This document shows, in pieces, positions 1 through 9,050 of a stretch of DNA of 64,000 nucleotides (its first letter is position 1; each line of letters opens with the position of its first letter). The translations under genes were made by a program, and so were the position numbers. The notes below the pieces were generated by a model. It had not been told where the DNA came from, did no database searches, and worked only from the letters and a program-made list of their open reading frames with translations. This stretch comes from an uncultured Gammaproteobacteria bacterium (GTDB lineage Bacteria > Pseudomonadota > Gammaproteobacteria > UBA9214): contig CAWHCQ010000016.1 in the NCBI GenBank assembly GCA_963827755.1, positions 1-64,000 of the forward strand. The letters are read 5' to 3'.

Positions 1-18
1 CACCCGGCCCGGGTTTTT
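1..18 (+). terminator. Probable 3' half of an intrinsic terminator of an upstream gene, truncated by the window edge
   Basis: GC-rich arm GCCCGGG followed by TTTTT at the very start of the window; the 5' arm is not fully visible. Confidence 0.3.
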
Positions 19-241
19 CGGTTCAGAGTTTTGTCTGAATGTTAGTGTTTGCGATGAGAGTAAGACAGGCATGTTGGCCTTCGTACGGGTGCCTGCAGTT
101 CATAAGTGGTAGATAGTGCACTACATTAGAATGCATGCGTTAAAACCGGTGAAACAATGGCTGGATACTGTCAAAGTACAGGCACTTGAAGGTATAGTGG
201 ACCGGGTACCAGGCCATGCTGCTGAAACCGGACAATCTGAT

Positions 242-676
242 ATGAGACTGACGACATTTACAGACTATTCCCTGCGCGTACTCATCTATCTCGGCACACA
301 CCGTGAACAGCGCACGGCTGTAGGGCAGATAGCGGATGCCTACGGCATTTCCAAAAACCACCTGATGAAGGTCACATTGTTCCTCGCGGCAGAGGGCTAT
401 GTGACAACGACACGTGGCAAGGGCGGCGGGGTGGTACTGAAGATCGAACCGCAGCGGCTTCGTATTGGTGATCTCGTCCGTAAGTCCGAGGAAGGCACCG
501 TGCTTGTGGAGTGTTACTCAAGGGATACCTCGGAATGCCGTATAGAAAAGGTGTGCAAGCTCCGCCGTGCTTTTAACAAGGCGGAACAGGCCTTTTATGC
601 GGTGCTGGATACCTACACGCTGGCTGACCTGATTGAAAACCGCGCGGCGATCGTGCGCCTGTTGCACAGCGCCTAG
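242..676 (+). CDS. nsrR: Rrf2-family Fe-S transcriptional regulator, NsrR-like
   Basis: N-terminus MRLTTFTDYSLRVLIYL, HTH region SKNHLMKV...RGKGGG, and three-Cys motif VEC-x6-C-x5-C (ECYSRDTSECRIEKVC). ATG at 242 within ORF 116..676. Confidence 0.85.
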   Translation: MRLTTFTDYSLRVLIYLGTHREQRTAVGQIADAYGISKNHLMKVTLFLAAEGYVTTTRGKGGGVVLKIEPQRLRIGDLVRKSEEGTVLVECYSRDTSECRIEKVCKLRRAFNKAEQAFYAVLDTYTLADLIENRAAIVRLLHSA

Positions 677-706
677 GCGGGGGCTGGCAGTGGTACCCGC
701 TGCCGG

Positions 707-1351
707 CTAGTGTTCACCCTTGGTACGCAGCAGGCCCGCCAGGCGGTTCCCCTGTTTTTGCGGACCGCCACGCGGAAAGATGGCATGCAGGTGGTGATTG
801 CTGCCATGCTCCGGCCCCCATACCTCGCGAAAGTGCCTGATGATTTCACGGACATTGGCCTGTAGCCGGTGCTCCTCGTAGAAATCCCGCAGAAACCGGA
901 TTACCTCCCAGGTTTCATCGGTCAGTTCCAGGCCTTCATGCCTGGCCTGGGCGCGGACAAAACCCTCGGACCAGTCGTCCAGGTTGACCAGATATCCTTC
1001 GCTGTCGGTCACAACCTCCCGATCATTGACCTTGAGCGCACGGGTCTGCATGCCGGGGTAGGCAATGCTGCCGCCGGCACTGCCGCCGGGCGCTCCGTAC
1101 TCGTCCACCGAATCGGCATCGGTCGGTGACCAGAGACTGATCTCGACATCGCCCTGCAGGCGTCCGTGGTAGCGGGAGATGCCATTAATCACAACCTTGC
1201 CGCTGGCAGGTGCCAAATCAAACAGGGCGGTGCCGCTGCGGTCAGTCATACCCTCGACGGGGTGTTCCGGGTTGGTGTCCAGGTAGAGGACAACCGGTGC
1301 CCGCTTGAGTGGTTCATTGGTGAATTTCATGGATACGTGGACCCGCAGCAT
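707..1351 (-). CDS. TusE/DsrC/DsvC-family protein lacking both C-terminal cysteines (RspA-like), fused to a ~100-aa N-terminal region
   Basis: C-terminal half TDSEGYLVNLDDWSE...LTDETWEVIRFLRDFY...IFPRGGPQKQGNRLAGL follows the DsrC pattern; no Cys in the 214-aa ORF; GAGAGG RBS before the ATG at 1351. Confidence 0.85.
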   Translation of the reverse strand: MLRVHVSMKFTNEPLKRAPVVLYLDTNPEHPVEGMTDRSGTALFDLAPASGKVVINGISRYHGRLQGDVEISLWSPTDADSVDEYGAPGGSAGGSIAYPGMQTRALKVNDREVVTDSEGYLVNLDDWSEGFVRAQARHEGLELTDETWEVIRFLRDFYEEHRLQANVREIIRHFREVWGPEHGSNHHLHAIFPRGGPQKQGNRLAGLLRTKGEH

Positions 1352-1484
1352 GCCATTGCCTCTCGCAGTAAGTACGCAGTATTACACTGGTTCGGATTGT
1401 ATATAGTATATTTCGTCCGCTATAACAATCATATCAAATACCAGTTATAATGACGATAGCGGTGTCATCCCGGACATGCCGTAA

Positions 1485-2435
1485 TCAGCTGCCGGAACGG
1501 TTGACCCTGCGCCAGTTCTCATCATCACGGTAGACTTCGTGCTTTGCCCATTTTGCAAAGTCCTCACGCGTCGCCACACCGCTGTTGCGGCGCCCGGAGC
1601 CGGCCAGCACCTTGTAGATCACGCTGCCTTGCGGCATATCCTGTTTGCCTGACTCGTCGACGATTTGCCGCACGACCCATTCTGCTCCATATTTGCCATT
1701 GCTGTAATAGTGGCCGAGTTGCAGTTCTTCGGGGGACATGCCGGTGTCCTGTGAGCGCCTGGTGGCCAGGTCGTAGATATTGATCAGGTCCTGTTCGGAG
1801 ACATCGACGAAAGAGTCGACTTCGCTCAGTGCGTATACCAGATCTTCATGAGCGATCGAGGCTATGACAGGTGCCGCATCTTTTTGGCCTGCCTTTTTTA
1901 AAAAGGCCGGATAACGCCGCCACGAAAACGGGTAATTAAAAAGCACCGCAACCGCGAGAATAACCAGGACATTCAGCATCACCGGCGTTAATACAAACAT
2001 ATAGCCGAGCTCGTGAACGCCCTGGCCACCGACAACGGCCGACAACGCAGTGGCGCCGCCGGGTGGGTGAATGCAACGCAGGTAATGCATGGCACCTATT
2101 GCCAGCGATACTGACAGTGCTGCTGCAACGATTGTATCGGGAACAAGCAGGTAACAACTCACCCCGATCAGGGCCGACAGCAGGTGTCCGCCGACAACCG
2201 GCCAGGGTTGAGACAGGGGGCCATGGGGCACGGCAAAAACCAGCACAGCGGATGCTCCCATCGAGGCGACAATCAGGGTCGATGCCTCGTTTCCGACAAA
2301 ATGTGTACTGATCTCGAGTATCGCAAAAATACCCAGAAAACCGCCGATGGTCGACGCGATTCTCTCGACATGACTGACCGGGCTCAGCTCAATGCCGAGC
2401 AAGTCAGTCCAGTTACCTCGTTGTCGCTGGGGCAC
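1485..2435 (-). CDS. HPP-family integral membrane protein with a C-terminal soluble extension
   Basis: ASMGASAVLVFAVPHGPLSQPWPVVGGH and CIHPPGGATAL (HPP motif); several hydrophobic segments; GTG start. Confidence 0.9.
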   Translation of the reverse strand: MPQRQRGNWTDLLGIELSPVSHVERIASTIGGFLGIFAILEISTHFVGNEASTLIVASMGASAVLVFAVPHGPLSQPWPVVGGHLLSALIGVSCYLLVPDTIVAAALSVSLAIGAMHYLRCIHPPGGATALSAVVGGQGVHELGYMFVLTPVMLNVLVILAVAVLFNYPFSWRRYPAFLKKAGQKDAAPVIASIAHEDLVYALSEVDSFVDVSEQDLINIYDLATRRSQDTGMSPEELQLGHYYSNGKYGAEWVVRQIVDESGKQDMPQGSVIYKVLAGSGRRNSGVATREDFAKWAKHEVYRDDENWRRVNRSGS

Positions 2436-2755
2436 GATTTGTTGTTCCTGTGTGTAAGAGGCCTGCGCCGGTAAATCAGGTCACGTTATTTATATCACAT
2501 CAGCTGCTCGTCCTGATGTGCCCCGTGGCGCCGGCAGAACACGGGTTGCCGAATCCGGGGTTTGTCCCGGTTTCCCAGGATCGAAGAGGCATGGTAGTTT
2601 ATCAGGCTCGATCCAGTGGTCTTTTTCCCGGGAATTACAATTCACCAGAGACAGGATTCAGGGCGCCGAGTGATGTCATTACCGGCCGGTGCGTTAATGG
2701 ACATGCAATTCCGGTAAGATGTCGAGCTGAATAAACTGACAGGAAGAGAGAATTC

Positions 2756-5077
2756 ATGGCACGACGCCGCAAGCGCGGGCGCAGGAAAACCCGCAGGAAA
2801 ACAGCCCGCCGTTCTGTCTGGCTGTGGCTGGTTGGAGGCCTGGCCGTCCTCCTGATCGGCTATATCGCCTACCTTGATTTCCAGGTGCGTCACCAGTTCG
2901 CAGGCAAGCGCTGGTCGCTGCCGGCGCGGGTCTATGCGCGACCGCTCGAGCTCTACGCCGGCCAGACATTGAGTGCGGATCAATTTGCGGCTGAACTGAA
3001 GGCCTTGCAGTACCGACCGGTGCGTTCGCCCGGCAAGTCCGGTGAGTATTCCAGGAATGCCAGCCGCTTCCACCTGCTGACCAGGCCGTTTGATTTCTGG
3101 AGTGGCAGCGAGGCGGCGCAGAACCTGCGGGTAACCTTCAAGGGAGACAGTATTTCCCGGCTGGCCGATGGCGCAACCGGTACGCCAACCAGCCTTGCGC
3201 GCCTCGATCCCGTGCTGGTGGGCAGCTTCTACCCGTCCCACAACGAGGACCGGGTGCTGCTGCAGCTCGATGACGTGCCTGTGGCATTGACGGATGCACT
3301 GATCGCCGTCGAGGACCGCGGTTTCTATCGCCACCATGGCATCGCGCCGCTGGCCATTGCCCGCGCGATGTGGGCCAATATTCGTGCGCGTGGCGTGGTG
3401 CAGGGCGGCAGTACCCTGACCCAGCAGCTGGTGAAAAATTTCTTCCTCAGCAGTGAGCGGTCACTGCTGCGCAAGATCAATGAAGCGTTCATGGCCCTGC
3501 TGCTGGAGTGGCATTACGACAAGGACGATATTCTCGAGGCCTATCTCAACGAGGTCTACCTGGGGCAGGACGGCCAGCGCTCCATTAACGGCTTTGGCCT
3601 GGCGAGTTATTTCTATTTCGAACGTCCGCTGGCGGAGCTCTCGGTCGAGCGCTATGCGCTGCTTGTAGGCCTGGTCAAAGGCCCGTCCTACTACAATCCG
3701 CGGCGCCATCCCGAGCGTGCCCGCAGTCGCCGCAACCTGGTGCTGGATGTGATGGCGCAGCTCGAACTGATCGATGCCGAAGAGGCCGGGCGGGCGAAGC
3801 AGCGCGGGCTCGGGGTCAGCGATATCGGGCGCAAGGCCATCAATACCTTCCCGGCTTTTCTCGAGCTGGTGCGCCACCAGCTGCAGACGGACTACCGCGA
3901 TGAGGACATTACCTCGGAAGGCCTGCGTATCTTCACAACGCTCGATCCCCAGGTGCAGTGGCAACTCGAACAGGTCCTTGCCTCGCGTTTGAAAACGCTG
4001 GAAAGCAGCCGTGCCATCGAGCCCGGCACACTGGAGGGTGCCGCCGTGATTACCTCGGTACAGGGTGGCGAGGTGCTGGCACTGGCCGGGGGGCGTGACC
4101 CGGGGTTTGCCGGGTTTAACCGGGCGCTGAACGCCAGGCGCCAGGTCGGTTCCCTGTTGAAGCCGGCGGTGTACCTGACCGCACTGGAACAACCGGAGCG
4201 TTATACGCTTGCCACACTGCTGGACGACAGTCCGCTGACATTTACCTCGCGCAAGGGCGACACATGGGAGCCGCGCAACTACGACATGGAAGACCACGGC
4301 CAGGTACCGCTGTACCATGCACTGGCACATTCCTATAATGTTGCCACGGCGCGGCTTGGCCTGGCGCTGGGTATCGACGCGGTTATCAGCACCTTGCGGC
4401 GTCTCGGTATCGAACAGCAGCTGAATCCCTATCCATCGCTGGTGCTGGGTGCCGTTGAGTTGTCGCCCCTGCAGGTCACCCGCATGTACCAGACCTTTGC
4501 CAGCGGCGGTTTTCGCATGCCGTTGCGCGCCATCTCGGCGGTGCTGGCCGCCGACAGGACACCCCTGCAGCGTTATCCGCTCAGTGTCGAATCCGTTATC
4601 GATCCCGCGGCCAACCTGCTCATCACCAATGCCATGCAGTATGCCGTGCGCGAGGGTACCGGCCGCGCAATTTTCCAGGCCTTTCCGAAAGAGCATTTTG
4701 TGGCGGGCAAGACGGGGACCACGGATGACTTGCGTGACAGCTGGTTTGCAGGCTTCACCGATGAACGCCTCGGCGTGGTCTGGATCGGGCGCGATGATAA
4801 CCAGTCAACCGGCCTGACGGGCTCAAGCGGCGCCTTGCTGGTGTGGCGCGACCTGTTTTCGCGTTTTACCCAGGCAGGCTGGACGCAGCCCGGGGCGGAA
4901 GGCATTGAATATCAATGGATCGACCCGGCAACCGGACTGCTGGCCGATGCCGACTGTGCGGATGCCGTACAATTGCCCTTTTTCAATGGCAGTGCGCCGC
5001 TGGAAACGGCGCCCTGCATAAGAAAAGAGTCTCCCAGGCCGGGCACGTTTGAATGGTTCAAGGGGTTGTTAGAGTGA
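2756..5077 (+). CDS. mrcB: Penicillin-binding protein 1B (bifunctional transglycosylase/transpeptidase)
   Basis: Basic N-tail plus TM, UB2H region (PARVYARPL), GT51 motifs EDRGFYRHHG and GGSTLTQQLVKN, transpeptidase SLLK / SYN / KTGTT. Confidence 0.96.
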   Translation: MARRRKRGRRKTRRKTARRSVWLWLVGGLAVLLIGYIAYLDFQVRHQFAGKRWSLPARVYARPLELYAGQTLSADQFAAELKALQYRPVRSPGKSGEYSRNASRFHLLTRPFDFWSGSEAAQNLRVTFKGDSISRLADGATGTPTSLARLDPVLVGSFYPSHNEDRVLLQLDDVPVALTDALIAVEDRGFYRHHGIAPLAIARAMWANIRARGVVQGGSTLTQQLVKNFFLSSERSLLRKINEAFMALLLEWHYDKDDILEAYLNEVYLGQDGQRSINGFGLASYFYFERPLAELSVERYALLVGLVKGPSYYNPRRHPERARSRRNLVLDVMAQLELIDAEEAGRAKQRGLGVSDIGRKAINTFPAFLELVRHQLQTDYRDEDITSEGLRIFTTLDPQVQWQLEQVLASRLKTLESSRAIEPGTLEGAAVITSVQGGEVLALAGGRDPGFAGFNRALNARRQVGSLLKPAVYLTALEQPERYTLATLLDDSPLTFTSRKGDTWEPRNYDMEDHGQVPLYHALAHSYNVATARLGLALGIDAVISTLRRLGIEQQLNPYPSLVLGAVELSPLQVTRMYQTFASGGFRMPLRAISAVLAADRTPLQRYPLSVESVIDPAANLLITNAMQYAVREGTGRAIFQAFPKEHFVAGKTGTTDDLRDSWFAGFTDERLGVVWIGRDDNQSTGLTGSSGALLVWRDLFSRFTQAGWTQPGAEGIEYQWIDPATGLLADADCADAVQLPFFNGSAPLETAPCIRKESPRPGTFEWFKGLLE

Positions 5078-5616
5078 GAACATTTGCAGGATTCACTCTC
5101 TGTTGCGGTGTGGCGCTGCTGGTCCTGCAGGGTTGCAGCACGACCGCCTCCACCGGGACACCGCGTCCGGTCATCGACAAGGGCACCCCGGCACCCGTGC
5201 CCGGGGACAGGCCGGCAGCGGTCGTGCCGCCCCGGGAGCCGGTTGTGCCACCGAGACAGGCTCCCGGGACAGCCGCCGCCAGGCCCCGGCCGCCCGCCGT
5301 GCTGGCGTTGCTGGAGCATGCCGAGCAACAGGCCAATGACGGCGACCTCGGGGCCTCCGCGGCATCACTGGAGCGGGCCATCCGCATCAATCCCGGCGAC
5401 GCGGTACTCTGGCATCACCTGGCCAAGGTGCGCCTGGCGCAGGGCGAGGCGCTGCAGGCGGAACAGCTGGCGGTCAAATCCAACAGCCTCGCGCCGGGGA
5501 ACAGCACACAGCAGGCACGCAACTGGCAGGTGATCGCCGAGGCGCGGCAGCAGCGGGGTGACACGAAGGGTGCAGCCGCCGCCGGGAAGCGGGCCCGTGA
5601 ACTCGAGCGCCGCTAG
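5074..5616 (+). CDS. lpoP: TPR lipoprotein, LpoP-like PBP1B activator
   Basis: Lipobox LLVLQGC, Pro-rich linker, TPR helices (ASLERAIRINPGDAVLWHHLAKVRLAQG); GTG start overlaps the mrcB stop. Confidence 0.75.
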   Translation: MRTFAGFTLCCGVALLVLQGCSTTASTGTPRPVIDKGTPAPVPGDRPAAVVPPREPVVPPRQAPGTAAARPRPPAVLALLEHAEQQANDGDLGASAASLERAIRINPGDAVLWHHLAKVRLAQGEALQAEQLAVKSNSLAPGNSTQQARNWQVIAEARQQRGDTKGAAAAGKRARELERR

Positions 5617-5717
5617 CCTGCATCCTGCGCGGGAGTGGCCGCAGGCCGGGTACCTGGTGCCTTTGCGCGAGACAGTATTTCAGGGATGGCAATTAGCCGG
5701 CCCCCGGGACCGATCTG

Positions 5718-7659
5718 ATGACTGATATGAGCGAATCACTCGGCAGTGATGGGCCGCTGGCCGAGCGCCTGCCGGGATTCTCGCCGCGCGAGGAACAGCA
5801 GCGCATGGCCGAGGCCATCGAGGCGGCAATCGCCCGGCAGGAGTCATTGATCGTCGAGGCGGGCACCGGAACCGGCAAGACCTTTGCCTACCTGATGCCG
5901 GCGCTGCGCTCCGGCAAGAAAGTGATCATCTCCACCGGGACCCGTCACTTGCAGGACCAGCTGTTCGGCAAGGACCTGCCGGTCATTCGCGAGGCGCTCA
6001 ATGCCGCGGTGAAGACGGCCCTGCTGAAAGGCCGCAGCAATTATCTCTGCTGGCACCGCCTGGGCACGGCTGACAGTGACGGCAAGCGTTTGCCGCGGGC
6101 GCAGCTGCACGAGGTCGGCGAAATCGAGGCCTGGTCGAGGCGCACGCGCACGGGTGATATCGCGGAGCTGGGTACTGTTCCCGAAGACTCGATTATCTGG
6201 CCGCGGGTGACTTCCTCGGCCGAGAATTGTCTCGGCCAGGACTGTGAATTCTTCCAGGAATGTTTCGTCGTCAAGGCGCGGCGTACTGCACTGGAGGCGG
6301 ATGTGCTGGTCATCAATCACCACCTGCTGTTTGCAGACATGGTGCTTCGCGAAGAAGGCTTCGGCGAGTTATTACCCGGCGCCGATGCCTTTATCATCGA
6401 TGAAGCGCACCAGTTGCCCGATGTGGCCTCGGCTTTTTTCGGGATTACGCTGAGCAGTCACCAGTTGCGCGAGCTGGCCCGTGATACCCGTGCCGAGCAC
6501 CTGCGCGAGGCCGGTGACATGCAGGATCTGTCCGAGGCTGCGCAGCAACTGGAAGGGTTGATACCGCGCCTGAGGCTGGCGCTCGGCACGGCCGACCGGC
6601 GTGCCGCCTGGTCCGAGGTCGCGGGCAACCGCGATTTCCAGGGGCTGCTCGAGGAACTTGCCGGCAGCCTGCACACACTGGTGGACTGGCTGGCGCTGGC
6701 AGCGGAACGTGGCAAGGGCCTGGAAAGCTGCTGGCAACGCGCCATGCTGCTGGGTGAAAGACTGAGCCTGTTGCTGCAAACGTCATCGAGTGAGCATATT
6801 CACTGGTTCGAGACACAGCGCCATTCTTTTCGCCTCAACCTGACGCCGCTGAATGTCGCGGAGCTGTTTCAGCAACTGCCTGGAGAACCTGTCCAGCGCC
6901 TGGGTGTTTACGTCCGCAACCCTGGCGGTGGGTGAAAGCTTCAGGCACTTTTCCATGCAACTGGGTCTTGAAGATGTCCACCAGCTGAAACTGGACAGTC
7001 CGTTTGACTATCAGCGCAATGCCCTGTTGTACCTGCCGGACGGCATGCCGGAACCGAACCATCCCGACTATTCCACGGCCTTTGTGGCCTGTGCACGTGA
7101 AGTCCTCGAGGCCAGCCGGGGCAGGGCCTTCCTGCTGTTTACCAGTCACAGTGCCTTGCGCTCTGCGGCTGCGCAACTGCAGGACACGCTCGACTATCCC
7201 GTACTGGTGCAGGGCTCCGCGCCACGCCGGGAGCTGCTGGAGCGCTTTCGCTATCTCGGCAACGCGGTTTTGCTCGGCACCAGCAGCTTCTGGGAAGGCG
7301 TCGATGTGCGCGGCGAGGCGTTGTCCTGTGTGATTATCGACAAGCTGCCGTTCAGCTCACCCGGTGACCCGGTCCTGCAGGCGCGCATCGAGGCACTGCG
7401 CCAGCAGGGCAGGAACCCGTTTATGGATTACCAGCTGCCTGCCGCGGTGATCAATCTGAAGCAGGGCGTGGGCCGCCTGATTCGAGACTGCAATGACCGG
7501 GGTGTACTGGTATTGTGTGACCCGCGCCTGCGGACAAAATCCTATGGCCGGGTGTTCCTCAACAGCCTGCCGAAGATGCCGCGCTCCAGCAGCATCGACA
7601 GCGTGCATGAATTCTTTGCCGGCGTTGAATCGACGGTCATCGAACCGCTGGTGCAATAG
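5718..7659 (+). CDS. yoaA: DinG-family ATP-dependent DNA helicase (YoaA-like), with an apparent +1 frameshift near 6867-6873
   Basis: EAGTGTGKT, Fe-S Cys region, DEAH in ORF 5718..6935; TSATL, FWEGVDV and KQGVGRLIR in ORF 6853..7659. Removing one base joins them. Confidence 0.9.
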
Positions 7660-7675
7660 GATTATTTCTTCCGTT

Positions 7676-8362
7676 ATGACGACACGAATTCTGGCTATAG
7701 AGACTTCATCGGCTGCCTGTTCGGCGGCGCTCTCGGTGGATGGTGCGATAGAGGAGCGCTATGCACTTGCGCCACGCCAGCATGCGGCACTGATTCTGCC
7801 CATGATCGAGTCGTTGCTGGCGGAGTCTGCATGCAGCGCCGGTGAACTCGACGCGATTGCATTCGGGCGCGGGCCGGGCTCGTTCACCGGGGTGCGGATT
7901 GCCGCGAGCATCGTGCAGGGGATCGCCTTCGCGGCCGATTTGCCGGTTATCCCGGTGTCGACGCTGGCGGCACTGGCGCTGGGCGGGATGCGCGAGTCTT
8001 CCGGGTCACGGGTGATGGCGGCGCTCGATGCGCGCAGGGACGAGGTCTACTGGGGCTGCTACGAGAGAGCAGCTGATAATGTGTTGTTGCTCGAAGACGA
8101 GCGCGTCTGCACGCCGGCTGCGGTACCCGGGCCGGAAGCGGGTGACTGGGTTGCCGCGGGCAGTGGCTGGGCTGCCTATGCCGATGTGCTCATGCAGCGG
8201 TTTGGAACACAGGTCGTGCGGGTATTGCCGGATCTTGAGCCGCGGGCAGAGGATGTTGTCCGCATTGCCGTTGGCGAGTATCAGCACGGGCGGCTGCTGA
8301 AACCGGAAGAGGCAATTCCCGTTTACCTGCGTGATAACGTTGCCGACGTTAAACGGGTTTGA
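7676..8362 (+). CDS. tsaB: tRNA threonylcarbamoyladenosine biosynthesis protein TsaB
   Basis: ILAIETSSAACSAAL, GRGPGSFTGVRIA, LDARRDEVYW, C-terminal PVYLRD. Confidence 0.95.
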   Translation: MTTRILAIETSSAACSAALSVDGAIEERYALAPRQHAALILPMIESLLAESACSAGELDAIAFGRGPGSFTGVRIAASIVQGIAFAADLPVIPVSTLAALALGGMRESSGSRVMAALDARRDEVYWGCYERAADNVLLLEDERVCTPAAVPGPEAGDWVAAGSGWAAYADVLMQRFGTQVVRVLPDLEPRAEDVVRIAVGEYQHGRLLKPEEAIPVYLRDNVADVKRV

Positions 8363-8378
8363 TGACTCCGCGCCGTGC

Positions 8379-9023
8379 TCACCGCGGTAGCGCACCGCTG
8401 TCCAGCAGGAGTTGGTAAACTGCCATGGCGATCTGCCGGTAACCCTCTGCATTGGGGTGTATGCGGTCGGACTTGAGCCCGGGATCGGATTCAACCCGGG
8501 GCAGCACCACGTCCTCGTAGAGCAGTTCATGTTTTTCTGCAATTTCGTCGTACATTTCATCGGCATTAAGAAACACCAGGGAGAACGACGGCACACCGAT
8601 CAGCAGCACCGGTATATCGCGTTGCCTTGCACTCTCGATCATCGCTTCCAGGTTGCCTTGCGTGGCGGCAGGGTCGAGCCTGCGCAGCAGGTCATTGCCG
8701 CCATGACACAGTATCAGCAAGCCGGGTTTGTACTCATCGAGCAGGGCGGGCAGGCGTTGCTTCCCTGCGGCGCTGACTTCGCCGGGGACGCCCGCATTGA
8801 TAACCGGGTGACCGCTCAGGCGTGACAGGATGGCAGGATAGCTTTGTTCTTTTTCTGCGCCGCTGCCATAGGTGATGCTGTCGCCGAAGGCGAGCAATAC
8901 GGCACCATCCGCCAGCCGAAAACCGGGTTGTTTGTCACTGCATGCGCCGAGCAGCATGCTGGCAAACAGCAGGCATGTGTATAAGGCGAGGCGGTACTTA
9001 TCGGGGAGGTTTACGGGTTGCAC
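8379..9023 (-). CDS. SGNH/GDSL arylesterase (TesA-like), probable lipoprotein
   Basis: Blocks AFGDSITYG, NAGVPGE, HGGND and DRIHPN; lipobox LLGAC; start codon uncertain (GTG 9023 chosen). Confidence 0.88.
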   Translation of the reverse strand: MQPVNLPDKYRLALYTCLLFASMLLGACSDKQPGFRLADGAVLLAFGDSITYGSGAEKEQSYPAILSRLSGHPVINAGVPGEVSAAGKQRLPALLDEYKPGLLILCHGGNDLLRRLDPAATQGNLEAMIESARQRDIPVLLIGVPSFSLVFLNADEMYDEIAEKHELLYEDVVLPRVESDPGLKSDRIHPNAEGYRQIAMAVYQLLLDSGALPR

Positions 9024-9050
9024 CCTGCATGCGCAGTGAGTCGTCAGCAA

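Noticed and set aside
116-140. Possible NsrR autoregulatory box CTACATTAGAATGCAT
   Set aside because: Only one good ATGCAT half-site, and the spacing is one base short of the ATRCAT-N5-ATRCAT consensus
116-241. 42-aa N-terminal extension of the Rrf2 ORF
   Set aside because: The family N-terminus begins at MRLT (242); the upstream GTG is just the first possible start in the open frame
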